Source of the DNA: Phoronis australis
Taxonomy: Eukaryota; Animalia; Phoronida
NCBI GenBank assembly: GCA_002633005.1
Contig: NMRA01000383.1
Span: forward strand, 260,951-324,950
DNA: 64,000 bases
Direction: 5' to 3'
Of the stretch, positions 1 through 13,550 are shown piece by piece (positions within the stretch are counted from its first letter, which is position 1; each line of letters starts with the position of its first letter). The notes beneath the pieces are model-generated. The model was not told the DNA's origin. It saw only the letters and a program-made list of their open reading frames with translations, and did not search any database. A program made the position numbers and the translations under genes.

Positions 1-1245
1 AATAGTTAACACATCGACTGTCCTCAAAAGAATTCAACTTCATAACTCGCCCGCTTGCCTCATTTTGATGGCGAAGCATTGCTGGTAGCTCTTGGGAAGC
101 TTGATGGTGATGTGACCTTCGAGAACCTGGCTGATTCATTCATGAAAACAGTGCTAAACATAGGATTTCGATATCATAAAATTGACATTGTATTTGACAG
201 ATACAGACAAGAAACTATGAAATACACAACATGAAAACAGCGTAGTAAAGGAATACAGCAAATCAGGTGATTTTTGGAAGGCCGTGGTGTACCTCTTCCT
301 CAAAACTGGTCAAATTTTCGTGCACTGGCTGAGAATAAAGAAGACCTAGCACATTTCTTGTCAGAGGAACTGTGTTTGTAGACACCTGAAGATAAAGAGT
401 TTATGGTTGCTGGAGGGTTCAAAAATGAGCTGGAAGTAAATTAAATCATCTACGGTTATGACTGATTTGAGGACTCTGAAATCCACACATGAAGAAGCAG
501 ATGGAAGATTGGTACTGCAGGCTGTCCACAGTCTGTCGTGTTTTCAGGGACACCCAATGTTCTACTGCTTCTGGTATCGAACTTCCAACAAATGCAAAGT
601 GAGCATATCTGTATGATGTCAGGCACATCAAAGAAATAACGATATATACCTATTGAAGCACTTTTCAACAAACTACTACGAGACTCGGCAACATCCTTGT
701 TTGATTTTCATGCCGTGATCGGGTTTGGCACCAACTCGTACTTTGCCAATCACATGAAACAATCATCATGGAAGGTGTTCCTAGAGCATCACAGATTGCT
801 TAAGAACCCCTGCATTGGTGAACTCACTGAGCAAATTACGATGGCTTCATAAGTATTTGTCTGCAGAATATACAACACGACCTGTAGATGTAGCACGCCA
901 TTTACTATTCTCCAACCCCGTGAACCCAGAAGTCCTTCCCCCTCACCCATAATGCCCGCCGTTTCCATCTGATGAGATTGCACTATCAGGTCAAGGTATG
1001 GCGAAATGATCATTGTTCCATACCTGAGCTCCCAGCACCCTCTGATATGGGAGGGACACACAAACTTATGCTTGCAGCCCATACTGATGACACAGAGTTC
1101 TATCCCAGAAAGCTGCCTGGAGAGGGTATTGTGTGCATGCCAGAAACAAGGCAACAACAGACAATGCAAATGCAAGGCATATGGATTTCAATGCATATCA
1201 TTATGCTCATGCCAGCAGCGCATTCCTTGTATGCAAACAGTTTGA
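1..1245 (+). pseudogene. Decayed ORF of a probably transposon-borne PIN/XPG(FEN1)-like nuclease family with a C-terminal Cys-rich CXC domain (5' truncated by the window)
   Basis: Manual translation across frames gives FDGEALL..TFENLA, KIDIVFDRY, PQNWSNF..NKEDLAHFL, THEEADGRL, FHAVIG (cf. FHA.TGCD), LHYQVKVW and LCACQKQ..CKCKAYGFQCISLCSC. There are in-frame TGA stops and frameshifts. Confidence 0.65.
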
Positions 1246-3980
1246 TTTGCCTGGCTTTAGGCATGTTAAAAAGTACCCGGTAAAGTGAATGCTAAAACTG
1301 TGTTCAGCAGGCCTGAAAATAATTCATGCAACTGAGAATTTAATGTCTTCAATAACAATAACTATATTGATTTTTTATGAATGGAAGATAACGGGATAGT
1401 GTGAACATTTGTCCTATATTCCATCAAAATAGTGACACCTTGCTTGACGAGCATTGCAGATTAACGACTATTTTTTCCACATTCGGAAATTATACGTCTA
1501 TAACCCAATAAATATAAAATATATTGCTCCAAAAATGTTTTAGCATGTTTGTTGACCATGAAAATATAATTATAAACAACTCATTTTTCAAGTTAGCCTG
1601 CAGGAACACAAACTTAAGATGCAAATTACATTGTATGGTAATGGCGGCGCCTAATTTGCATAATTAGTTTTCAGAGTTGCATTTTTTGTATTCATAAGTG
1701 ATGTATTGCTCAAGAAGTATTTATAAGAAGTGTACAGGTGAGACATTTCACCATTTTAAATGGTATATGGTGATTTCTATTACACAAATAGATCTGAACT
1801 TGACAATTTGGCCGCCATTTTGTTTATGCAAATTAGATGGTCAAAAATGCAAAATTCGGCTTGGGAACAGGGTTAGTTGAATTCGCCACACCTTGATTGT
1901 GTGAAAAAGTCTTGTTCCCAACTTTTACTAAAAAATGCTTCTAGAACCTTATACAGGGCTCTTTTCAGGAAATGCGTCTAGACTATGTGCTATGTTTCAC
2001 AGGTCACAATTCTTCGCCATTCAGCTCCCACTCCGGTAGCCATAGAAACACACCCATCGACTCCACCTCTCACCCACCAACCCTTGACAGTGGGCAGATG
2101 AGGTCTACACCCATGAGTTTTGGTGGCTTCCCAACGTCGGAGCCGCAGTGGCCCTCTCACCCCGCCCAAAGCAGCAGACCTGAGGGGGCGGGTATGAACA
2201 CCCTACTGTCTGGAAGTATACAGGTAATATAGCTTGCTATAAAATGAAATTAAAACCAAGACGTGAAACAGGTAAAGCCTGGAATTTAAACAGAACATTC
2301 TGTCTGTAAAGAGACTAGTGGCTTGAGCTAAGATGGGTGATTGACAAAACACTTGATTTTGATCATGAATTTTTCCTGTTTCACTCTGTCCCATGCCGAC
2401 CAAGGTCATTTGAATGTAATAACGGTATTGTGCACTCTCTCAGACTCCTTCACTCGAATAATATCTGTATTCCGGCGGCGTCTGAGTTTTTTCCCCTTAG
2501 ACTCCTGACCAGTTCTCCCTTGAGGACGTCATATAATTATAAATATAATAAATAATGCCTGCTTATCTGTGAGACATTATGTCAACTGTCATTACCAGTC
2601 ATTGTATAGTTGCTGCTTTTTAGTCGTTTTAAACCCAAATACGCTCCTCGGCCTCAAATGATTGTCTTGTTATTTACTTGATATCTTCTTTGGACTTGAA
2701 CGTAACGTCATTTCCTCTTCAGACATTGTGGTCTTCTGGACCCTCGCCATTGGAGCGGCTGTTGGAGCAACAGAAGCACCAGCGACAGACAGACCCACAT
2801 TGAGACCAACACTAGATGTCACCTCGGGTCAGAGGTCAGGAATAAGTTGAGCGTCGACAAATGGCGTGATTTACAAAGAGGTTTCTTGGTGAACCTTTCA
2901 TGACCAGATGTACGAGTGAAAGCCACTGTTTGAGGCAAATCTTTTTGTTGGCCATTGGATGGTTTTTAACCATCTTAATGTTTTGCGTGATGAAATAAAG
3001 AGCTGTCTCGACATGTTAAGTAAGATTAGGTGAAGTTTTTCTACCGCGTGTAGTTTACCTGTCTTGAGCCATTGAGGCAATTCATCTTCTGGAACTAGCT
3101 GGAAAAATATCAAATGACGCTTGCCGTGTTCATAGATATCTTGACAGTTTTTAATTATCGCTCAGTTTAGCTTGTGAGTATACACCTGTTAATTGTTACT
3201 GCAAGTTGATATCAATATCAATGGAGTAAGACCTCGGTCAACATTAGTCTCATTACCAGTATTCATACATTTGATACTGATATCAGTATCAGTTTATTTC
3301 AATGTCTTGCAGTATCTGCATCTATTTCAACACCAGTATCAATGAGCATGAGTAGCAATTTCAGCATGCGCTGATATCATCGATATCAATATCAAAGCTG
3401 ACTGTACTATGACCTCAGAGACTCGTAATTGCTGGTGGAGGGTGCCTAATGCTGTGTAAAGGGATATGGTGTTCTGGTTTAGAACTGCGTATTGTTGGCG
3501 CAAAGTCGATATAAGCTCTATATTCAGGCAAAAGCAGATAACGTAGTCTTACTGCAGGTAGATATTATTTAGCAAGTGTTATTAATTGTTTAACTATGCA
3601 TAGAAGTGATATAAGTACGTTCACAGGCATCATCTTCTGTTGGTGTTTGCTGCTAGGTTAGTATTATTGCTTTTCTCTATTAGCATCTTTGAAATACTCC
3701 ATCTCATGGAATATCACTGAGTTTCGATAGGTCCCTTGGTGTGTTTGGTTTAAGATAAGGATTTTAGTGTGTAGAGCACAAAATAATGCACACATGTATG
3801 GGAGTTTTGGGTTATTCCTGACCGAAATACCACACGGCCGTGCCTTTGTAAGTTAGCAATTACGTTGTTATGGAGTGGTTTAAAGTTAACTATTACATGT
3901 AGATATGAACTTATTGTTACAATGCAGAGCATGGCTGTCTGTAGTAAGACAAGTACAACTCATGTCTTAGATGCTGATGA

Positions 3981-4108
3981 TCACCAACAGGTGGCGTGTA
4001 ATAGACCAACAATACTTAGGCTAGGTGTTGGTTTGGATTGTGGAAGTACGTTCTAAGTCACCAACAGGTGGCATGTAATAGACTAACAATACTTAGGCTA
4101 GGTGTTGA
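3981..4108. repeat. Direct repeat, about 50 bp unit at 77-bp spacing
   Basis: TCACCAACAGGTGGC.TGTAATAGAC.AACAATACTTAGGCTAGGTGTTG occurs at about 3981 and about 4058. Confidence 0.85.
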
Positions 4109-4600
4109 CTTTGATCATGAAAGTGTCTTCAAAGTTATTAGGGTCATTTTCTTTCTCTTTACTGCATGAACTTCTAAGGTATATCCTCCCCTTACAACGG
4201 TGGTATAGTTGTTCAAATGAATAATTACTCTAGACTATGAGTCAAATTTAGACTCGTGAAATATTGTGTTTTCCTCTCAGTCAACTTTTTTCGCGAAGCT
4301 TTGATTGCCACTCCTAAAATAATTTTGTTCATGGTGGCCATTTAAAAGTTTCAGTGTAGAAATTGGTTGCTTGATCTCTGCAAAGACTTCTGCTTTGTGT
4401 TTTACTGCTGTCACTGATGGAATTTTTGTCTTAAGTAATAAAGTGTGGAAAGGTTGTTCACTCGTTGTTGCTTTGGTTTGCTGGAACTATTATGGGATAG
4501 CTTATGTGACAAAAAAGTCGCAGCCTGGTTGACACCCGTTAAGAGTAGGAGTGTTCTGTACTAAAAATTTTGGCTGTTGTTAACTTACCTGTTAGCCATA

Positions 4601-4854
4601 GTGCCTGTTCCAAGAAAACATGTCTTTACGCAAGACAAAATTAATCTTAAATTTAAGTCAATTTTGAGATAATACTGAAATTTGTCTTAAGTACATTCCA
4701 AGAAAGTGATCTTGAGTTTGACGTAAGTTATTGTCTTCATTTTTTGTCTAATTCTGACTTACTAAGGGATATGGAAATTTCAAAGTTTGTAGTTGGGGAC
4801 AAGTCTTAGACCTGAGTAAAAAATAAACTTAAGTCATTTTCTTGGAATGGGCCC
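4601..4854. mobile_element. MITE-like element
   Basis: Imperfect TIR: gtgcctgTTCCAAGAAAA ... TTTTCTTGGAAtgggccc. Confidence 0.45.
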
Positions 4855-7459
4855 ACGGTTTTAATATTCCCACATCAACCCTCCTCCCTTGGGGTTTTTT
4901 TGGTAACAATATCCGGGCTTGCAAGTCAGGTAGTTGCCATTTCTCCTTTCTTCTCATCTCCTCCACGGAAGTTAACAGTGTTGCCTTACAAATCGTGAAG
5001 TATTCGTGGCAAATCATCTTCACCATACAAAATGGCCGTGAGTCTGTAGGAGCTTAGTGACCTCCTCTCAATTATCTACAAAACTATGAAATGTGACTCT
5101 TTAAAAGTATGAAAGTACATGTATTTTATGAAGTAGAAAGTCTACATGGGTTGATTTCTTACTTTCTTCCAGTCTGCCATTGATTCCGTCACGTGACCGT
5201 GTCTTTAGCAAAATCTGATGAAAATTATGAAGCACTGGTGCAGTTTTCTGAATTTTCATTTTGTTTTCGTTACGTGTGAACTTGTTTTTTTTATAAAAAT
5301 CGTAGAAGCCCCGTTTTTTAATAATCTCTTTTGCAAAAGTGGATCATTTTGAAAGTTCCTACACTTTGGAGAACCGTGTATAAAACCTTTACATTATGAA
5401 AGTTTCATTTCAACCGGATCCGCAACTACTGAGATGCGATGTTTCAAAATAAGTATCATTGTTGGGTTCAGTGGATATGGCTTAGATCAGAGCTTTTAAA
5501 ACATCAAAATCCATTGTTTATGTGAGTTTATAAGTAATCGCCGATTTCTGACGTTTGCTTCCAGACATTTGGCAAAATTAGTTGAAATCGAGGCAAGGCC
5601 GTAGCCACGGGTGTTCTATCTTTCCCACAGAAAAGGTCCAGCCCCATCCTATCGGTTAAAGATAAAGATACAGATGGACAACAACAACAAAGCTGTTCCA
5701 GCTACTGGTACAACTAACTACAATGATAACTAAGTTAAGAATAATTTCGAATTTGCTTCCGATTCAAGGCGCTTCTCGTAATCAGCAGGCAGAACCCGGC
5801 GAACTTCGCGTGTGCTGCGTAGATGGCAGGATAGCGCAGACGATTAGGGGAGACTTCATGTTATTAATTGGTGGCTACAACGTAGCGTGACGAGGGAGTC
5901 TAGAAGTGAATGTCTATATCTTTAGTAGTAGCTCGGCTAAGTTATATAGCAGCACCCAAGTAATTGTGCAGTGTGAACATGGGCGGCGCACCATATAGGG
6001 GGCTGAGGGGGCGTGTAATAGTATAAAATTTTCACCCGAGTCCGAAATTTTAGATATTTTCGGTTTAATGAATCTTCAGAATAGTGAAACTTCGGAATAG
6101 TGGGCTGTTCCCATTTTCATCGATGTAAGTAACACGCAAAATACAACCAGATAAAAAAGTTCAAGTCATTCTCCGACTAAATGTTACGTCCGAGTATGTA
6201 ATGAAGTGTAATCGCTCATTTAATCACGCCTGATTTGAAAGTTTGGCATGGGCTAACGCTACAACGTCCTCTTTCTGGACCGGCGAATTTGACTCCCGTT
6301 CTTTGCGAGCAACCGTCACGTCGTTCTCTCATTTCTGTTTCCGTCTCATCTCAAGAACATAGAGCTGAGTCATCGTTGTGTATAAAGATTTCCCTTCCTC
6401 CCTAATTAATATAAGCTACGTCAAGGGCCTTACCGAAAACTCTACAGTGTGTGTCGACGTTTGCAAAGGTACGTGGTTGCAGGAATTCGAACCACCCCCG
6501 CGCAATGCTGGCTACGCGCTTGGAGGAAGGCAACCTATCAGTCAACTACATTTAAAATATTCGGATATTGGGGGCATTGGCTTAAACTTAAAAGCCTATC
6601 TTGAACGGCAACACCTGTAAATTTGGTTCCTGCATCGCTCTGAGCCCACGTACTAGCTGCATAAATTGCCAAATGTAACGAACTGTTTGGCGTATTGGCT
6701 TGCTGTTGTCTACGTTATAGCGAGAATCACCTTTTAATTCAAACAGCTGCGAATAATACCCGCAGCACGCAATGGTGTTCTATTCAGACCTCTATTCAAT
6801 ACAACTGTTATCGGCCTTTGTTGTTTGTGACGAGATCTCGAGGGACATGGCACGGAAGGGCAGTTTCGCGTATCCTTCGACGGGCTTACACTTTTGAGTG
6901 AACGAACTCCCTTTGTTAGGACTAGCTGGTTAGCCCAACACATCTAAAATAACAAAATTCCGTTGAAGTTGGGCTTTAATATCAACGGGTTGAATTGTGA
7001 TTGCTTATAAGTCGTGGGTTCACTTTATAGTGGCATTGAACGTGAAAATAGCTAATTTGCATTATTCAAAGTGGTTCTCTGCCACTCAAAATTGTTCATC
7101 GGAATTTTTTCGGATTGTTTGTAACGATTTTGAATTTCTGGTGATGTCATTTAAAAAAGGACCTCGTTACTTCGTCGATTTTTCTCAAACGCGACAAAGT
7201 ACTTTAATGGCAAGACAGGCCTCCTTTCCCTTACCTGGAAAATGTGACCTTTGACCTAAACAAAATAATGGCGATTTCAAGCAGTAGTCAGTTCGACTTC
7301 TTTGAGCGCGCCGCATATGTATATCTAAGGGCAGAGAATTTGAAAACAGTATTAGGTTGAGAGTTTTTATTTCGTCTGTGTTTCAAAAATAGTGAATCTC
7401 ACGATTTTTTCTGAATTTTTTTCAATTTTCAAAGTGAAGAGCTCACATGTTATCGCAAA

Positions 7460-8330
7460 GTTAATCCAAATAAGTGTGAAGGTCTCCATCTTGGCAAAGA
7501 TAAGGAATGCAACGAAATTTTGTATAAATTAAAATGGTCTGGAAAATAAATCAAATGTTTGGGCATATATTTTGGACACAATAAGGAATTAACAATGACA
7601 GCAATTATGATGACAAAATTAAAAATTTTCTAAGAAACATTAGAGAACCCGCAAAATTTCTTTACTTGGAAGAATTAGGGTGATCAAAACCTTTGCTATG
7701 TCCAAAATAATTTATGATATGAATACCTTAGCTATGCCTCCTAACAAAAGACGGAAGGTAAATAGTATTATTCAGGATTTCATCTGACAAAATAAACCCC
7801 CAAGAGTTAGAAGAGATATTGCTGTAAATACATGTAGCAGGGTAAGAGGGGGCTTAGCTGTTCCAGATGTCAACATTTTGTATAAATCCTTGTTAATTAA
7901 ATGGAATAAATTTTTAGGAGGAAAAAACAAAGAATGGGAAATATTCCCTAGAAAGTATGGAGGTTGTTTAATATTAAAATCTAATTATGCTCGTAAAAAT
8001 TTGCTTAAAGAAAATTTCAACCTGCTGTACTCTGATATGTCTGATATGTTATGGTCCTGGGAGCAAATAACAGACTACTTATTTAAAAATATTGGTTTGA
8101 AAAATCGAGTTGTATGGAATAACAAAAATATTTTGATAAATGGAAAAACTGTGTTCTACATTAGATACTACAATGCTGGAATTGCTTTTGTTCAAGACTT
8201 ATTAGATTTCAAAAATAAATTGTTATCTTGGGAGGATTTCAAAGAAAGGTACGAGTTAAACAATTGGATGAAGTACAACGCTCTGGTCAAGGCAATGAAA
8301 ATTTCAAATAATGCGTCTGTTATACAATGA
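7460..8330 (+). mobile_element. L1/Tx1-type non-LTR retrotransposon ORF2 fragment (C-terminal RT region, decayed)
   Basis: Fragments VNPNKCEGL, IKCLGIYFG, IKTFAMSKIIY, RGGLAVPDV and VWNNKNILINGKTVFY..GIAFVQDL; ORF 7878-8330. Confidence 0.75.
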
Positions 8331-8892
8331 CTACATACAATATTCAACTCATGATGGAGAGATTAAATTTTGTTGTCTCAACGTGATGAAACCTCGTTTT
8401 TTCCGGCGTCGCACTTATTGTATTCGTTTTGTCACCCGTGTCATCACGTGACAAGACAAATAAAAGGCTGTGCACGATGTTAAGTGACTCAGTCTTCACG
8501 GCGATCGCAAAGTTTTTCAACAAGGATGATCTGTCTTGAAAAGAATTCGACATTTTGTTGAAGAAAAATCGTTCGAAAAAATTAGAACTCGCCTCTCATA
8601 TGGGCCATTCCTCTGGTGTCGTATTAATTTGATATAAATATGGATTTGTGTGCAAGCTGATTACAACAACGCGAACGAAAATCTAAAGTGGAGTACTGGA
8701 GTAAAGGAATTTAATTTTTAATGAAGCGTTGCCGAAAAGAGAATTTAATCTCGATCTGCTAGCGTCTCTTATACATTTAACTGATGATGGCGAGATGAGT
8801 ACACGCAAAGACGATAGGTCTACGGTTTCTGGTACACGTCGAAGTTGATTTTTTTGGCGAAAAATAATATCGTCTGTGTCATGTTAACGAAA

Positions 8893-9287
8893 CCTGGGCT
8901 CAGTCTCGAATTTTTTTATTCGAAATGGAATTCGAAATTTTGTTTGGCATTTTTAACTCTACTTTACTGCGAACTCAAGATAAGTGTCTATTACTCTATA
9001 TGATCGAGCACATAATGACTTACATGGATGATTTATTAGTCCTAGTTTGCAGTTGACAAATCCATCATTAAAGCTAAAAGTTCGAGTTTGAACTCGAAAG
9101 TTCTTACTCGAGGTTGTAGCACGGGTTTTTAAGTGCAAACTTGGAATAGGAACTCATATACATTAACTATAATTATTCGAGCACAGTCTAATAACCATTT
9201 TTCTTGAGTTAGCAGAAAAGGAGCATAGATATTTCAAAAATAATTTCGAGTTCGTTTCGAACACAAAGATTAGAGACCGGGCCCAGG
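8893..9287. mobile_element. MITE-like element
   Basis: Imperfect TIR CCTGGGCTCAGTCTC / GAGACCGGGCCCAGG. Confidence 0.45.
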
Positions 9288-10103
9288 ACTATTTCTGAGA
9301 TTATCCTAATTATGATGAAGAAGAAATTGTTTTTAAGGGGATGTTTACTGTAGTGAAGGAATATAATAATTTTTAACGAAGCGTTTCTGAAAAGAGAAAA
9401 TTGAATTCAAACTCGCAACACTAGCGCCTCTTAAGATGGCGAAATGACGCCGAATCTGAATTTTTTGCTCAGCGATCTGTAGCTGTCCAACATGTTGATG
9501 ACGTCCTATCTCGTCGGAAATTGGGGTTAATAAACTAATAAACACGCGTGTAAATTTTCAAACGATATACCGTTATTTTTGTGGATTTTCGCCACGACTG
9601 ACTTTCGAGAGAGTCAGTCAAATGGACTTTGTCGAAAATCGACAACAGTTTTCGAAAACTGCATTGAAAATATCGGCTTGAGGCAAGTCATTTGTTTAAC
9701 AATATTCACAATATTCAAAATTTTCGAACGTGCGCTGAACACAGTATCACAGATCCTGTCTCTAAGTCTACACACTAATTTTAATTAAAAGAACATCAAC
9801 ATACTACGACATCAAACAATATGTTGATATAACTTGGATGTTACGCTCATGAATTGTTGACACACAAAAACACGTGAAGTCGGTCATGCACAAGTCTCGG
9901 ATATTCCCTTATCTCGTACTGAATTCCACGGTACGGTTATTTTAGTTTGTGCGAATTGACGACGCTTCAGTGAAATTAGTTGCAGGCTTAGTTGGGAAAT
10001 CTCTACCATTCGATCCCCAGTTAGCAAAGCACGCTAGACCACACTCATATTCAGATTACCCATATTCATGAGATTGGGATCGTTCTACAGAGTATCTCAA
10101 AAA

Positions 10104-11100
10104 TGTTGTGCGTTATATTGTGTATGAATAAAACTCGAGGTGGTTCGAAGAGAAAAGTTCGTCTCGCAGTTTCGATGTACATCCATACCGCTCTTGGAGG
10201 AGTTGGCGTAGTTAGTGTTGTCGATTGGGAAACCATCCATCAGCAGCGATTTGAGGTATACGAATTTTTGCACTGGTGGCAATGACTGCCAGTTGTGTAT
10301 GCTGGCCTCGTACAGGTCCCAAAACGTTTGATATTCCAGGATATTTCCGCCAAATTTCTGCAGCAGTTGTAACGTTGGCAGGCGAAAGGTGGAAGACGGT
10401 GTAGAACTGCGGTTGGGTGTTGAGGATGTCGCTATTGCTAGTGGAGGTTGCTGTGCTGATGAGAAATTGAATTCAGCTATTGCCATTTGGACGTCTGTCA
10501 CGTAGTATTTATCGGTGAGCATTTCCTCTGCAGCTTGCTCGTCGTTTTCTATTGCTAGGTGAATTTGGTCGTTGAGGTCCTTGACAGCATCCAGATTAGC
10601 ATTCAGGGTATCCAGAACGGTGGCGTTGCTTGATGGGAGTCGTTCGGGAGGTTGGTGAGACGATGGAGTAGCGTTGTGATTTGCCCCTTCTGGGCGTCCG
10701 TTTGGCCTTTAGCCGTTGTACATCCTTGAGACTAGATTTGACGGTCACGGCACCAAAAAGATGTGGGTTATATTGTGTATGAATAAAACCCGAGGTGGTT
10801 CGAAGAGAAAAGTTCGGCTGTTCGGTATGATGTATTTAAAAGCTACTGGTGAGATAGTATAAGGATATAACATATAACATGCAAGTGAACCTATTCGACC
10901 AATCAGAATGTGCCACAAATTTAAAACTAACCAATGGGGAAGATTAGCTAGGGCTGGGATGATTGTAAATACATATCAAGAGGTAGCGATTAATAACTTT
11001 AAACTAAACATGTACAGTAAACACCTAAGCTATTTAACCAGTGAAAACCTGTCAAAAACACATGCCAATAACTGTCCTTCTAATTCAAATGACAGTAAAC
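10104..11100 (-). mobile_element. Internally deleted BEL/Pao LTR retrotransposon: 5' LTR, tRNA-His PBS, gag fragment, end of 3' LTR (right boundary approximate)
   Basis: Minus-strand PBS TGGTGCCGTGACC (10743-10755) lies next to the LTR end at about 10762. Gag is DUF1759-like: LPTLQL..FGGNILEYQTFWDLYEASIH..LPPVQKFVYLKSLL. The last ~55 bp of the LTR recur at 10104-10161 and 10762-10817. Confidence 0.8.
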
Positions 11101-13019
11101 GCAACGTTTATTGACTTAGGAACAAGTTTAGCCGTTTAAATTCACAAACAGGATATCAAAAACGAATTGAAATAAGTGTTAAAGTCAAATTAAACTCGTT
11201 GCTAATTAACTATGGAATATTAGGGCTATTGACGTCTTTGCACTTCATTTATGTTTTTTGTTTTAGTTTCCACTAGTATTGCGCAAATAACAGATTTATG
11301 TTTTCCGAAAATGAGTCGTTTTTTGCCATTTCCTTGCATGCAGGCCTCGGGATGACACACTTCAAAAACGAGGTGTAGCTATATAGTATGCGGACGAGAA
11401 TTGAAGTTGACCCCGGTGTTGCTTTTGGGACACCCTGTGTATCATTTGTCCCTCTGGCCTCAGTTTGTTTAGTCTATGTGAGCTCAGACACAACACTCTT
11501 AGCTAGTTGTGTTTTGACAAAGGATTAGATGAAGCAGTGTCAAACGCAGTGTACCGAGCTCCCCAGACAGTACTGATTTCTTGCATAATACACGTTCAGA
11601 ATAGAATGAACTTTACCGCCAAACCATGGGCGGCCCACCATAGGGAATCATAGCTGAGCTTTGAGTTGGCGTGAGCTGTCAGTTCACTTCAGGCAAACAG
11701 CCCAACTCCTGTGCTGTCCATTGACTGTCTCATCCTCGTTTCTCTGTGAAATCTTGTTGAAACACGGTTACTCAACATCTGTGGCTGCCTCATCGGGGTT
11801 TGCCCCCCCCCCCTCCCCCAACCTAGGGCGTGCGTTTGGGGGATGTCTACAATACTGGCGACAATCTAGAGCAGGGATGATCCCGAAAATGGCGATAAGA
11901 AGGGGGGGGGCAAAAATTTGGCGAAGTCGAATTGGTTTGTGCAACTCTACCCATTTTTTGTCCTCGGCCTACAGGCCTGTCAAGTTTTTCTTTGTTCGAC
12001 ATGATGCGCATTAAGATCAAAATGGTGTTCCAACTTCGACCATTTCTACTGGTCTTGTCCACCACTACAGCTAACACCAAAAAGTTCTATAAGTCCAAAA
12101 CTTGGTGGGCGGGGTTAAAAGATTATGTATTGGCCAATCGTTTTTCACTGGCTCATTACACTAATGAAACGACAGCATTAGCCCTGGCTGTCAGTGAACG
12201 CTGTGTGGAAATTGAAAATCGAAAAAGGTTACTAATTTTGATTTTCTGAACTTTGTTTCGCAAATGAATAAATAGGAAAGACGAAATCGACTAGATTTTC
12301 TATCTATGGATGTAGATGGCGTTTTTAACAAATTAATTAATAACTGACTCAATTTTCCATTTTTCAACAGAAAAACGAAAACTTTCAAAATAAAAAATTG
12401 GCTAGATTTTCTTATTTCTTAATTCGTTTTAATCGAAAATTTGGTCTTCCATACACGGACTTGGCTGGGCTGTACTAGTTTATGATTTATGCTCTCGTTT
12501 TCATTTACCTTATTTTTATCTGCTTCAATTGAACGCTAACCGTAAACCAAATCGGAGATTCCGCATGAGTTAAAAGTAGCAAACTATACTCAACAGTGGG
12601 ACAACGAAGCGGTTATGTAACTTGTTAATCTTAATGTTGTTGTTTTTTGGGGGGTACTGTGCTTACCTGACGAGGTTACAGAATACCAAGTCATTGATCA
12701 GTCACCATTTTGATCAAAAACAAAACCAATATAGTGGAGGAAACCCGTAAATAATCAAATTTGTGAAGGTTCACCGATATGTGGCAAACTCAGAGACCTC
12801 GAAATAGCGAAATCAAACTGGCCGTAGTAAAAGTAAGGATCCCGTGCCGTGATCACAATATCAGCTTGCCTCTGTACAGGAGGAGAAAGACGTATATTTG
12901 TCGCAAAGTTTTCTTAATGAATTATAATTATCGGTCTCTGTCACGTTTTTCCACGTGTGTGAGTGGGCGCAGGATGTTACAGACCGGGTCTAAAGCTTTC
13001 GGTGTCCCACGATAGACTG

Positions 13020-13550
13020 AAGACTGGTTCGACTTAATCCTGTATGAATCTCGACCGTGCGTTCACAAGCCTACTCAAACAAAACGTCCTACGTAATATT
13101 TGTTCTATGCTCCAGCCAGTGCTGCGAAGCCTTGACTTGTGATGAACCTCTGAGACACTTCCAGCAACGTTACACTCGTTGATTCAATAACCTGCTGTCT
13201 CTATAGCTGGCTCTCTATTGACTCTCGCTGTAACTGCTGATTCTCTTCACTACATCTCTTTAACTGCTTAACTGTTTAATTCCGACAGCTGAACTGCTTA
13301 ACTGCTTGTGTATTTATAGACTAATGCAATGTTCTAGAACTTTTCATCAATTCAAGCACATGCCAGAACTTTCCTGAATCTATCCAATCATTCTACATAC
13401 TAGTCTCTAGAATATTCCAGACTGCATTAATCACTGTCATGCTAGAGTCTTCTAGAAAGTTCCGCACTATACTGTAGTAAACAAATTACATCATCAATGT
13501 ACTGAACTCAGGGTCATACTAATCAAACAAAACAAAACAAAATACAACTA
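13020..13550. mobile_element. Possible solo LTR (gypsy-like)
   Basis: Repeated TTCTAGAA/CCAGAACTTTCC motifs and a TATA-like TATTTATAG. Termini and TSD not established. Confidence 0.25.
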
